A stretch of DNA of 32,052 nucleotides from Hyphochytrium catenoides (taxonomy: Eukaryota > Protista > Hyphochytriomycota): positions 1 to 32,052 of the forward strand of contig FLMG01004093.1 of assembly GCA_900088475.1 (NCBI GenBank), given 5' to 3'. The stretch's first letter is position 1; each line of letters starts with the position of its first letter. A program made the translations under genes and the position numbers. This document shows, one piece after another, positions 1-11,287 of this stretch. The notes below the pieces were generated by a model, which searched no databases, had not been told where the DNA came from, and was given only the letters and a program-made list of their open reading frames with translations.

Positions 1-499
1 GATCCCCCTCGTCCTAGTGCAGCGTGGAGCTTGACGAGTGCTCCCTCCGCGCCGCTGCTTTTCATGGTCGCAAGGGCAGCTGTTCCTCCTACATAGCCCT
101 CTAGAGCGGAAGAGGAAGCTGGAGGTGCAGTTCTCTTGGCCGTGTGTCGTGAGCGAAGTGCCGTAGTCCCAGGCAATGTCCTCAAGCTGCGAGCTAGATT
201 GAGGACGTGATCAGCCTTCAGCTGACACCTTGCAGTCATGAAGCGCGTGGAACGAGGAGGAGACGGAGACTCTCCCTCTCGCCTTTTCCTCTTGGGCGAG
301 CTTAGCTGCGGATTTCGTAAGGGATCGTCGCTGTCCGAAGAGCTGACTCTCCCCTTTCCTCGACTTTTTCTGTAGAGTATGGCCTCTGCCTCAGAGGTAT
401 CGGAAGAGTTATTTCCCCGTTTCCTTGTGCTTCTCTTGCGCAAAGGAGAGGAGCTCTCATGTCGTGAAGCTGTGGTTGCTCGCCCTAACGTCATCGTAG
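1..499 (-). CDS. Possible partial exon of an unknown Arg/Lys/Ser-rich protein running off the window start
   Basis: The minus-strand frame is open from ~499 to base 1 (ASRHESSSPLRKRSTRKRG...SPKRKRREGESPSPPRS...). It is preceded by a plausible 60-nt intron at 500-559 (GTGAGT...TTCAG). Upstream exons could not be joined cleanly and no family motif was recognised. Confidence 0.3.
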
Positions 500-1447
500 C
501 TGAACAATGGTGCTACGAGCGCCCAAATGCCTTGACTTCTATATTGTTGAGTGACTCACGCGCTCTCCCGTACACTTCCTACTCTACTGGCACTTGCTGA
601 CGTTGGACCCGGACCCCCTTTTACGTTGATTGTCCGCCTTGCGTCGGGCTTCTCTCTCTGCTAATGTCGACTCCCTCTCTCCTTGCGGCAGTCAGACCTC
701 GCTCTCTTCCCTAAAGGCATCAGTGNNNNNNNNNNNNNCTTCATCTGTTCTGATCTTCAACTGCGGGAGTTACAGCGCCAAGCCATCACCTCAGACATCC
801 TCCTGGACTACCTAGCCGTTACCCTCCCTAACGTGGTGTTGATGCTGAGGTGAAAGGTCAAATTTGTTCCTTTGCTTTCCTTCGTGTCATCAGAAGGTCA
901 GAATCGTAGGTCTCCAGGCAGCGGGAAGGGCCTGGTGAGGCAGGGATCAGGATCTCTCGTCGCTTGGACCTTCTCTTCTTTCTTGTGCTGTCCGCTTCCC
1001 TCTTTTTTCTCTTGCGCGGGGGAGAGTCGGTGTGCCAGCCAACTTTGTTTCTTTCCCTCTTCCTTTGGCTCCCGATGTCCAAGATTTCTCCGTTCTTTCC
1101 GGGTGACTGCAGCTACCAGCGGGGACAGAGGTTAATAAGGGAAGGGGAAGAGATGTGGACTGTGGCAGGCTACAACGGCACGAGATCAAAGGGAACTTTA
1201 CTCTGCATTGCCTCCACGGCTTTGTCCTTAATCCATGCCTAAGGAGGGTATTGAATGACTCTCTAGAGGTACAGAGAAGTTAAGAAAGGAAAGAGGACGA
1301 CGTGGCAATGGGAAGACAGATAGAATGGGACCTTGTCTCCTTTACGAAGGACAAGAGTGGCAGGAGCATTTTGGAGGGAATAAAGGAAGAGATATTGTAA
1401 GATGTATCGAAGGGTTAAGCCTAGCCCTGACCCTCCCCATCGCCTTC

Positions 1448-3484
1448 TTAACCCTCTTCCGTAGTCTTCTTTGTGCACCATTCTCGATCAAATGTCAGCG
1501 TCACTTGCACGCGATTCTTCCTAGTGTCGTCGTCAAACTCTCCCTTAGGAGCAACAATCGGCAAAATGTCCGTGATCCCCTTCTCAAAGAGCTTTAAAGC
1601 AAACGGACGATTGCGTGGAAAGATCTGGTAGGATGGAGTGTGCGGCAGGTCGTACGTCAGAGAACCCTTAACGATGTCCCATAGGTTCAGCTGTTGTCCC
1701 AGTTCATCCTCTTGCTTCTTCTCTTCTTCTGAATGAAGATCCAAACTGACAATCCATGGCCCAAAGTGGTAGGGAGAACAGTCAAGACTCAGCTCCAACC
1801 CCAAAGGGGCGTAGAGAGAGCCATCAGGAGGAAAGACTTCAGGCCGAAAGATAATCAGTTTAGTCCCTTCCAGATACGCTCTGTTTTCCTTGCGCAGGCT
1901 GATCCAACCATAGTACGCTCCCCCGCGCTTCGTGTTCTGTCCTCTCAGCTTCATTAGGAACTCCTGTAGGGGCTTTTCCCGTACCATGCCAATGCCCAAT
2001 AGTGAGTGGCAGATGTGTCTCAGACCTTCTTTCCAGAGCAGCAGAGGGCTGTGTACAAAGTCCTTGCATTCAAGCCAACAAGAGGTTGCTGTCTCTATCA
2101 CCTGGCGCCAGAGAGGCCGCAGAACTACCTCCGTAAAGACCTCATTCATCTGCAGTGACTCTTCACTCAGCGCGTTGAGGTTCTGCAAGATGCCATCCCC
2201 ATACATTTGCTGCAACAAAGGAAGAAGATGATTCCGCATCTTACCGCGATTGCTCCACTTAGGAGTCGTATCCTTAAAGTATGGGACGCCATACTTGTGG
2301 GCAAAGTCGAAGATATCCTGCTTCACATGGTGAAGGAAGGGCCTCCAGATAAGGACGCCGTTAACATAGCTCTCCTCACCCATACCCGAGAGGGAGAGAA
2401 GGCTCATCCCCTTCATAAAGTTAGAGATAACGTTCTCTTGAACATCACCCTTATGATGCCCAAAGATCACAGCCGAGAAAGAGTACTCTTTCTGCATTTC
2501 TTTGTAGAGATTGTACCGAATATCTCTGCTAATGGCTTCATAGTCGTCCCGCTTGGTCACGCCTCGAGTCACCTCGCTAATCGTCCGCTTTCTGAAAATA
2601 ATGTCATGCTTTTGGCACCATTCTTCAACGTAGTCCGCCTCCATACCACTCTCTGCTCTATTGGCGTAGTCCACATGCATTGCTACTATCCGCTGGAATT
2701 GAGGAAAGGTTCTCATGGCTCTTATCTTCACGAGGATCTTTGCAATCACCATAGAGTCTACGCCTCCGGAGAGAGACACCGCTACAGTTACCAGGGGATG
2801 CTGGCCCGGTACGTCACTCGAAGTAGACTGGCTCCTCGCGCGTAAGAACCTCTCCGTGGCCCTGTAAAGTTTCTCTTTAGGCATGTCGGTATCATCGACG
2901 TCGAATGGATGGAACTCCAGTATCTCATAGCCTTCTAAATCCTTTGCCTGCGGTCTGCCTTCCAAACCTTCTAACCTTCTTATGGTGGTTCGCCTGAAGC
3001 GGTGAATGAGCTCTCCTTCCTCTGGCAGGATAGACGCTTGCATGACGTTTATCCTGTCAGCTACTAACTTCAGTCTCTCCACCGTAGGAGTATGTCTCAA
3101 GGGCATCAAGGCAAAAATCTTTTGAGGGATGCCATAGTGTATGTCCCAGCCTCTATCGAGGACCATGAGTGAGAGCTCAAGGGCCTTTCTGTCATTTACC
3201 TCTATTTGTCCTCTATCGTGCCTATGGACATGCCTGGATAACTGATCCAGCGTAATAATGAGAGCTAGAACCCCGAGAGGCTCTCTCGTCCAGGTATCGT
3301 CTAGCTCTCCGTTCTCTGCTCGTGCAAGAAGCTCTCTAAAATGCTGTCTCACGAACTCATCAGCTGTATTCTGCTGATGGGAATTCGCTGCAGGGAACCA
3401 CCTTTGATGATAGTTCTCCTTAAGAGAGCCACCAAACCAGTAGCTAAGAATCTCAGAATACTCCTCAAACAGGGATATCGCCAT
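1448..3484 (-). CDS. tilS: DUF924 domain fused to a tRNA(Ile)-lysidine synthase-like (TilS/PP-loop ATPase) domain, intronless, ~678 aa
   Basis: N-terminal DUF924 signature (EILSYWFG..RWF..DEFVRQHF..LALIITLDQLSRHVHR..DRKAL..FALMPLRH). TilS motifs follow: SLSGGVDSM (PP-loop), HVDYANR, RDIRY, GHHKGDVQENVI, WRPFL, KDTTPKWSNRGKMRN. First ATG is at 3484 (the ORF track starts at an upstream GTG); stop is TAA. Confidence 0.88.
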   Translation of the reverse strand: MAISLFEEYSEILSYWFGGSLKENYHQRWFPAANSHQQNTADEFVRQHFRELLARAENGELDDTWTREPLGVLALIITLDQLSRHVHRHDRGQIEVNDRKALELSLMVLDRGWDIHYGIPQKIFALMPLRHTPTVERLKLVADRINVMQASILPEEGELIHRFRRTTIRRLEGLEGRPQAKDLEGYEILEFHPFDVDDTDMPKEKLYRATERFLRARSQSTSSDVPGQHPLVTVAVSLSGGVDSMVIAKILVKIRAMRTFPQFQRIVAMHVDYANRAESGMEADYVEEWCQKHDIIFRKRTISEVTRGVTKRDDYEAISRDIRYNLYKEMQKEYSFSAVIFGHHKGDVQENVISNFMKGMSLLSLSGMGEESYVNGVLIWRPFLHHVKQDIFDFAHKYGVPYFKDTTPKWSNRGKMRNHLLPLLQQMYGDGILQNLNALSEESLQMNEVFTEVVLRPLWRQVIETATSCWLECKDFVHSPLLLWKEGLRHICHSLLGIGMVREKPLQEFLMKLRGQNTKRGGAYYGWISLRKENRAYLEGTKLIIFRPEVFPPDGSLYAPLGLELSLDCSPYHFGPWIVSLDLHSEEEKKQEDELGQQLNLWDIVKGSLTYDLPHTPSYQIFPRNRPFALKLFEKGITDILPIVAPKGEFDDDTRKNRVQVTLTFDREWCTKKTTEEG

Positions 3485-4233
3485 AGCGATCAAGACACGC
3501 TCCACCTTGCAGCAGAGCCCAGTTCCTACGAAAGCACCGCGGGCGCGGCGCAGAAGAACCGCCTTAAAGAACTCTGTGCGGATTAGATCGAGAGGCTACT
3601 TAGACTAACGGGTTTGTTATGGACATGTCTGTATAGGACTTAGTATGGACGCTATGGTCGAGGCCCCTACTTTGAGACTCATCGCTCAGGGCTAAAGGCC
3701 AGAGGTACGAAGACCGCGCTCATCTAAAGAACTCAATGAGCTTCAGAAGTACAAAGCTCTGTTGAGGGAGTGATTCTGATGCTTCACCACACTCCCACCG
3801 CCCAGAACTTGATGGAACCTGGGTTGCCCGCCCAGGTTATTTGATCCAATACATAGATAGGGTAACCGTAAGATATTCCTCTGTATTCGACCATCTTGAT
3901 TAACCCAACCCATTAATCTTGGCTGACCCAGATTGGAAGCCTCTGTGGGTGGCGTAGTAATAACTTGAGAAGGGTGTTTGCCAAGGGATGTATAACTATT
4001 ATTGTGGCTTGCACCTGAGGAAACCCATCGTGTGCGTTACGAGCAGGAAGAGAAAGTCTGCGTCCGATCTGTGTAAAGCTTCCAAGGTCTGCAGGTCAGA
4101 GCTCCGTCACCTGTCAATGCCTCGCCTGGGCTTGCGGACAGAGCTTCGAAGTGCCGACTGGGCCACGGTTAAGTTCTCTGATATATAATAGTCTGAGGTC
4201 GTGGTCTTATTGTCTGGCGCAAAGATAAGGAAC

Positions 4234-5773
4234 ATGCCACCCGTCAACCTTGCAAAGTTAGAAGAGGCGGAGCAGCTCTACAAGGATGCTGAAAAGAAGA
4301 TCAAAAAGACCATGTTCAAGTGGTCTCCAGACTACGTGCTGGCAGCTCCAATATTCGACAAAGCCGCCACGGCCTATAAAGCGGTAGGGTCATCCACACT
4401 AGCCTTTTGTACTAGGTGTTCACTCTCACCCAGGTAGTGGCTGGTAGGCCGGAAAGCTAGAAGATGCTAGGGAATCCTTTGTCAAGTCAGCCGACTGCTA
4501 TTATAAATGTGGGTCTGTCTTCAAAGCTGGCCAGGAATTGGAGAAGGCTGCACAGACAGCCATGGAAGAAAAGCGGAGTGATAGGTGCGACTTAGTCACT
4601 CATCCGCAGTTGGTATCCATCTCGGCTGACCTCTACTTCATGTGAAGTGCTCCCATGGCGCTTGAGCACTACCGCAAGGCGGCTTCCTACTTCTGTGAGC
4701 AAGGCGAATTTGACAAGGGCGCAGAGTCTATCTATAAGGCTGCTCAGGCAAACGTTGAGAACGAGGAGCTCGCTGTCTCCTTGTTCAATGAGAGCATTGA
4801 GATGCTTGAAAGTAACAGTCGGGACCACATGGTCGTGGATAAGTACCGGTCAGTTCATCTATGAGGGCGGAAATGAGGAACTCGGCTGTCCGCGTCTAAC
4901 TTTTTGTGAGAACAGCCGTACGTTGGCGTATCTCGTGCAAAGGAAGCGTTATCCCGATGCCATCGCCCTATTGAAGAGAATGATAGCGCTTTTCTCTAGG
5001 ATGCAGACGGACAATCAGCGATTTAAGTGCAACCTTAGTGTCATAGTTCTTACTCTAGCGCTTGGAGATGTGGTCGAGGCAGACAAGCTATTCATGGAGC
5101 ACCTTCAAGACAGCAAGTACCTTCACTCTGATGACTGTGCTCTTGCTGAGGTACAGCAACGCATAACGCTTCATTTGATGTATGGCAATGCTTATATTTT
5201 TCCTCTCAGGGCATTTTGATGGCGTTCAAGGCAGCTGATGAAGAAAAACTAAAGAAGGAGACCGCTAAGCAAGGATTCAACTTTCTGGAAAATCAGATCG
5301 TCAAAGTCGCGAAGAACCTGAGTGTATACGGAAGGGCACCTAAACCCTCAGCTACATCTGCGCTCTCTGCGCCCTCGGCCCCTACTTCTCAGAGCTTCGC
5401 TCCCCAGGAACCAGGCAGGGATGCTCTTTTTGCCAGAACAGGGAATTCAGGCGGTGAAGGGGCGTCTGGCGCTCCCATTTCCGCTGGTTTCTCGCAGTCT
5501 CTGTCTGCCTTTGCGGGTACACATGCAGGAGCTCAAGAATCAGCCGAAGTTGAAGAATCCAAAGCCGATGCTGACCTGGATCTCCCGGAAAACTTGGGCG
5601 CTGTTGATATTGGAGACGATTTGTTGGCTACTGCTGCAGAAGCTCCTGCGGGCGATGCTGACCTGGATGCAGAGATTGAGAGAGCACGGCAAGATGCAGC
5701 GGCTATCCGATTAGAGTACGAAAGGGGACAAGGGTTGACAACCGCCGAAGAAGATATCGTTGACCTAACTTAA
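4234..5773 (+). CDS. NAPG: Gamma-soluble NSF attachment protein (gamma-SNAP), 5 exons, ~428 aa
   Basis: Exons 4234-4383, 4448-4584, 4648-4848, 4916-5150 and 5210-5773 join in frame across GT-AG introns. Motifs match gamma-SNAP: AEKKIKKTMFKWSPDY.LAA..FDKAATAYK, FKAGQELEKAA, LSVIVLTLALGDVVEA. The C-terminal tail is acidic. Confidence 0.88.
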
Positions 5774-8080
5774 TGGTCAAACGACGACAAAGTGTCTTTA
5801 TCGCTCGGGCCTTCTCATTCCTAACTCTGCCCTTCTTGTTCTTTCAATGAAGAACCGTTTAGTCTAAAGCCAAGCTGCTTCCCGGCAGGAACACTTATTT
5901 AACTGTTAAAGCGTTGACCTCAATCATCGTGTGCAAAAGAGCGACTGCCGAATAAGGAAAGCAAAAAATAGCTTCTCTTGTTACCTTCTACCTCACGGAC
6001 CTATTCGCTGCAGGTTGCTGTCATGCCGATGATGGTCGATCTGCTCAGCTGCAGCTGTCAAGAGACAATGGTCTTATGTAGTAGATAATAAGCGCCTGTA
6101 ATGCATAGAGTTCGTGGTCTGCGCTAAATCTGCTTGCATGGATCTATAAGAAGGGGCTAAGATCCAGCATGGACTAAAACCCGCACTGCAAGTCAGAGTT
6201 GGGCTCCTTCTGTTTTGTAGCATCCTTAGCGCCTTATTTGAGTCGCCTGGCACTATCTTTGTTCAAGGTTAGAAGGTCCAATTATCCACCCGCTTTTGGC
6301 CAAGACAGAGCCCTTCCGAGCAGAGAGCTTAGGCTGACCTCAGTTCATAACCCATAACCCTGAGGTGACTTTAAGGAGCCAATCTGGCATGTCTATAGCT
6401 ACAAGGAGGGTGTCGTTCTGATCCCTTCTTGTCGGGCAATCTCACCTTCCAGGACAAAGGATAATGTATCTCTTTCGCATGTCCCACCAAGAAGAAGCGG
6501 TGCTTCGTAACGGATTGTTGTCCAGCTTCCTCATAGCCAGTGTATCAGTGCGGATGGCAGAGGCTCCTCCTCCTCCTCCTCAACCCCCGCTCACCCTCCT
6601 TCCAATCCAGTTGATAGCCGCGTCTCACGAAACAAAAAGACTTACCGCAAGGATTTTGTAGAGGAGGAGGCAGCCTGCCTTTGGCTTAGTAATGGGAGGC
6701 GGAGCTCCTTCGACTCTAAGACGTGCAACGGGGTCACAAGGAAGCTTGGACTCGATGTTGCTCTTGGAGGAGGATTGTGAATCTCTTCTACTCTAAGCGA
6801 TCGCCTCCCGTTCCCAGGAGAAGAGACTTGTCCTTGTCTCCTGGAGAGAAGTCTGCCGCCTCCCTCCTCTGGAAGGAGCCAGGTGGTCGTGATGACTGAA
6901 TGCATGCTTCCTGATCTCTTGACTCCTTATTATACAGTCGTCCTTCTACCAAACAACAACAGTCACTCGACTTCTCACAAAAGAAAGTAAGCGCCTTTGC
7001 GCCTTTTGGTTCATTACTTATAAGGCTTAATGTAAGCCTGGTTCTTTGAGATTGCCATCATGAGTTCGTTGTTGTAGTTGTGTCGTATGTGGACAAACGC
7101 GTCAGTTCTATCTGGTAAAAGGAATTCGGGTGGCCTAAAAAAAATAATAATAAGCAGTCCCACACAGTGACTGATTAGTCATGTCATGCGTTGGAGTAAT
7201 AATAATAATGAGCCTGGATCACCTACTGTGCCCTCTAGGACCCACCTTTATAAATAGCTTTTGTCAAAAACACGCACATACAACTACACCTTCGTTCAGC
7301 AGATCCCGGAGTATTATATAAGGTATGACTCCAATCCTCATCGGTCTACAAGGGCGACAGTACTCAGTATAAGAGAACCACGGATCTTGCATACTCCGTA
7401 AATACCTCAACGCTCTCTCTACTATTAACTACCAGATCGCGTGGTGGCCCATCGGTTACTCTCACGCGGGATGTGCCGCCTCCATAGATAACAGTAGACT
7501 TGTGGGACCTGCCATCAGCGCCTCATGTGGCCAACAATAATAGTAATAGTAAGGCCACAGACAGACAGTCCTTCTCGTAGGCAGCGTGGGACAGCACTGC
7601 AGGAGAGGAAGTGGGCGAAGGCAGGATCTATAGAGAGACTGGGGAAGAGAGGAAAGTACGAAAGCCGTTGGTTTGGACCGGTTGGCATGGCTAGAGATCC
7701 GGCTTACCACGGGTATGACAGGGGGAGGGAGAGGGGGAAAGGAACCGGACAAAGATCAGCGCCTGCCGCATGTTCATAGCCAAAGCCCAGAGGGCGTGTG
7801 ACAGGAACAGAGAAGCGAAGTGAGGGATGAAGCTCTGCGGGAGAAGATGAAAGATGGAAGAAAGTGGGCTTTCCTTTTTATAAAAGACAGGCTCGACTTG
7901 AGTTGACTGCTGGGCCTCTCCCCTGCTAAACAGAGGAGGAAAGCACGAAGCTCGGGCTATTGCATTTTGAATCAGCGGGGTAAGAGAGCGGCGAGCTGCG
8001 CTAAGGGTTGACCGCCCTCCTCTTGTGAGTCTTATTAGTAGACTACTATACTTCTCTTCGAGGCGACATTAGCACAAACG

Positions 8081-9388
8081 ATGGAAGCAGAGCAGCCTTT
8101 AGTAACCACCAAGGAAAGTGCAAGCCCTAATAAGCAATGGCGGAGGGCTCGCAGCAGGGGGATGCTGATTGGCTTTGTCATGGGGCTTGTGGTGCTAACC
8201 TCGTTTCAAGCATTGTTTTGGTCGATGGGAACAGGATGCGAGAGTTTGACGCTACCTTCAGAGGGTTTTGTCGCAAGCCCCAGCAATAATGCCCTCCACC
8301 AACATGGTAACCTACGTGATGGAGCCAACCAAACCCAAACGCAGCCAACCTCCAGCCTGCCTGGTGAGCCAACAAGCACGCAGTCTTTACAGACGACTGA
8401 GACTCCAACTGTCAAGTCCGAAGCTCCTGTTGTCACAACTGAGCTTCCGCCTGTGAAGTTCACCAACCCAAAACCCCCTTATAAAGAAATAAGCTGGCCA
8501 TTAACTTGCCCTGCCGGGCGTAAAGGTACAGAGCAACCAGTGCTACGCACGGATAAGCCTCACATCCTTGTCGGAGTACTCGCACGAAATAGAGAACCCT
8601 ATCAGGAGAGATTTGCCCAAGCGCTGAACTACTCCTTACACCGACACCCTGAGTGGAAGCGCTATGTGCACGTGCGTGTCTATGATGATGCGTCTGACGA
8701 AGTATCGGCCGACAGAACCAAGCAACGGTTCAGCATGGCGGAAAGATTTATCTTACTCGGCCAACGGACAGGTCTCCGTGGTGGTGGCATTACCGAGACC
8801 TTCCAACACGATTGCGCTTCTACTGACTATGATATTTGCATTGTGGCCGACTCCGATACTCTTCTCCATCCAGACTGGATCCCTGTGCTCGTTAGAAACA
8901 TGAACAAGACAGACGGCCAGGTGACGCTCTATAATAGCTGTTCCCACCAGTTGGAAAACTGTAAGGATGAGCTCTGCGAAAAGCACTCTGTCGGCGGTGC
9001 ACTGAATGTCGTGACGAGGAAACTTCTCCTCGAGATAAACTGCAATGTGCGGATGGCACCTGGTAACAACCCCTCGTTTGACTTCATCTGGGGTGACTAT
9101 ATAAAGTGGACGGGCCGAAAGATGTACACCGTGACGCCAAGCATGGGTGAGCATCTCGGAATCTATGGTGCTTCAAATGGCGTTGGCTCGCAGAATGAGC
9201 AATCCCGGGACTTTAACCTCTTCGACCTCCCTCAACCTCTGAGCTCATTGGTGTACACACACCTTGAATCTCGGATGAACAGCGTCTGCAATAAAAAGAA
9301 GCTCGAGAAGCCTCCCGGCTGGGAGCTGCAGGCGCCACCTTTGAGTGAGAAGGAGAAGCCATACTTTATTCTGTCTCCGCGTAGGTAG
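8081..9388 (+). CDS. Type II membrane glycosyltransferase, GT-A fold (GT2-like), 435 aa, single exon
   Basis: Basic cytosolic N-terminus, one TM segment (MLIGFVMGLVVLTSFQALFW) and a Thr/Pro/Ser-rich stem. The catalytic region has ILVGVLARNR, VRVYDDASD, a DxD motif in ICIVADSDTLLHPDWI, and a C-terminal EHLG. Confidence 0.8.
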   Translation: MEAEQPLVTTKESASPNKQWRRARSRGMLIGFVMGLVVLTSFQALFWSMGTGCESLTLPSEGFVASPSNNALHQHGNLRDGANQTQTQPTSSLPGEPTSTQSLQTTETPTVKSEAPVVTTELPPVKFTNPKPPYKEISWPLTCPAGRKGTEQPVLRTDKPHILVGVLARNREPYQERFAQALNYSLHRHPEWKRYVHVRVYDDASDEVSADRTKQRFSMAERFILLGQRTGLRGGGITETFQHDCASTDYDICIVADSDTLLHPDWIPVLVRNMNKTDGQVTLYNSCSHQLENCKDELCEKHSVGGALNVVTRKLLLEINCNVRMAPGNNPSFDFIWGDYIKWTGRKMYTVTPSMGEHLGIYGASNGVGSQNEQSRDFNLFDLPQPLSSLVYTHLESRMNSVCNKKKLEKPPGWELQAPPLSEKEKPYFILSPRR

Positions 9389-11287
9389 AAGGGTCAGCNN
9401 NNNNNNNNNNNNNNNNNNNNNNNNNNNNNNNNNNNNNNNNNNNNNNNNNNNNNNNNNACGAATCATCGCCCGTCTGGGCCCACTCCAGGTGAAGATGATC
9501 TTTTCGAGTGCAAAAGAAGCTGTAACCGAACCGAAGTACTCCTCTCATCTGCCTGCGTGCGGAAGAATACCGTCGTCTCCAATTGATGGGTGTGCTGCGC
9601 TCCTCTGCTGGCAGCAGCCATTCTGGTCATCTCAATATTCGAAGCAGGCTACGTACGGAGAGGATAGAACTATAAAGCTCCTTACTCTGTTGTTCAGGAA
9701 TGATCGCACCTGTATGCATCCTGTACAAGGTATAGAAAGAGGCTTTAGATTATGCGCGCCCTGCTGACAATTCCTCTCATAATAAAGATCCTTTTATCTC
9801 TCCCCTTTCCCTATGATGCTTTATATCTGAATGAAGGAAGGGCAGGGCTTGCGGGTAGGTAGAAGCAACAGTTCGCAGCGATGGTAGTGCTGCAGTACAA
9901 GGAAGCCTGATACTGATACCTTTCTTGCGACTTCCTGCTCTTGCTATCTTCTTCTCGTGCGCGCCCTCCTCGCGGTGGTGCGGTAACTGTGGCAGCACGA
10001 AGGAAACGTCTCCCCAACAAGGTATGAGAGACCAAAGGTCCTCCCTCGAGGAAACACTTGCTTTGTGATGAGCAAGAACAGCAATTGTCCTTGTTTTTTA
10101 GTGATAAACACTTCCAACCTACTAATGCAACCGACCACAAGAGAATAAAGTTGGAACAATTATTTCACCAGCTCCAGCAGTTCAGAAAATATGATCAGCT
10201 CAAGAACGTTAGTAAGAAAGGCAGACGGACGCATGTGCACACCATCGACTAGTCGCGGGCTAGACAGGTAAAGTGCTCCACCACAACCGAACAACAGCCC
10301 TTGCTCTGGCTCCTGCCGCGATGGCGGCTGACGATAGACGTTGTTGACAATAATCATCATGAGCACTACCACCATGGAGGAGGAGCATAGTTGTTGTGAC
10401 CGGCGATATCAGGTGGGTGGAGAGAAGGTCACCTAAGGGAAGGCGCAGATACGGGAACAAGATCGCTATTCAGAGAGTTTGATGAGTAGTTGGGGCAGCA
10501 TAGCCTGAACGCCTGCTGATCCCATTCGGCAACAAGTACTCATGCCGGTGACGTTCCTCTTCTTTGGCATGATGTGATGGGTACTATTATTGTCGGATGC
10601 CATAATGACAGCTGTGCTGCGGGGGAGTTGGTGAGCTCTTGCTGTACTGCGGCGTTGCTGCTGTGTCGCGGCTGCTGCTGCTGATAATAAACTGCTGGCA
10701 TAATCATATGAACGATGATGACGGCGGCGATGAAGAAGCTGCCAAACTTCTTTTTGTCTGATGAGCTGCTGATGAGCAGCTTGTGAGTTTCCGATCGCCA
10801 AGCACACAAGCATCATACAATCATACTTCTTACCCCAACTCTACGATAACCGATTCGTCCCATAGAATGATAATCAGATCTGGGCTTAGTGGCATGGCGG
10901 GAGTTTTGTTGAAAAGAAGCCTGAGAGGAAGCCGCGGAGGAGGTTCTGATCAGGGTTTTGAATCTTTGACGAAGATCCTGGGCAGCAGCCAGAGATTGGC
11001 AGGAGCTGCAGCAGGAGAGAGGAGTGTCAATGCCTTGCTTTTCAAGCTTTGGGAGGAAGAAGGATCAGCAGCGGTCTCATAGGAAAGAAAGTACTGCAGC
11101 TCTTTCATGTCAGACCCTCGGCAGAGAGGAACACGTCGGCTACTTCTTCATGCCATAGCCTTTGAGGTTTGCGACCACACCAGCTGCTGTGCAAGGGAGG
11201 ATTTGCCTGTCAGTCTGTGCTTTTTGGTGGCAGGACTTCTGCTCATCCCCTTGAGTAAAGAACGCAAGGCTTGACACTCTATGAGTC

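Noticed and set aside
2207-2845. 212-aa plus-strand ORF and similar antisense ORFs over the main genes
   Set aside because: Shadow ORFs opposite well-supported CDSs, with no motifs.
3817-3839. 8-bp hairpin AACCTGGG-N7-CCCAGGTT in the divergent TilS/NAPG intergenic region
   Set aside because: Too short to distinguish from chance; no supporting ncRNA features.
6440-6905. Possible spliced minus-strand gene (ORF 6642-6905 ending at a GTAAG donor)
   Set aside because: No recognisable domain, and no consistent exon chain could be built.
7182-7803. Possible solo LTR (TGTCA...TGACA)
   Set aside because: No target-site duplication, second copy or retroelement coding sequence; short terminal matches occur by chance.
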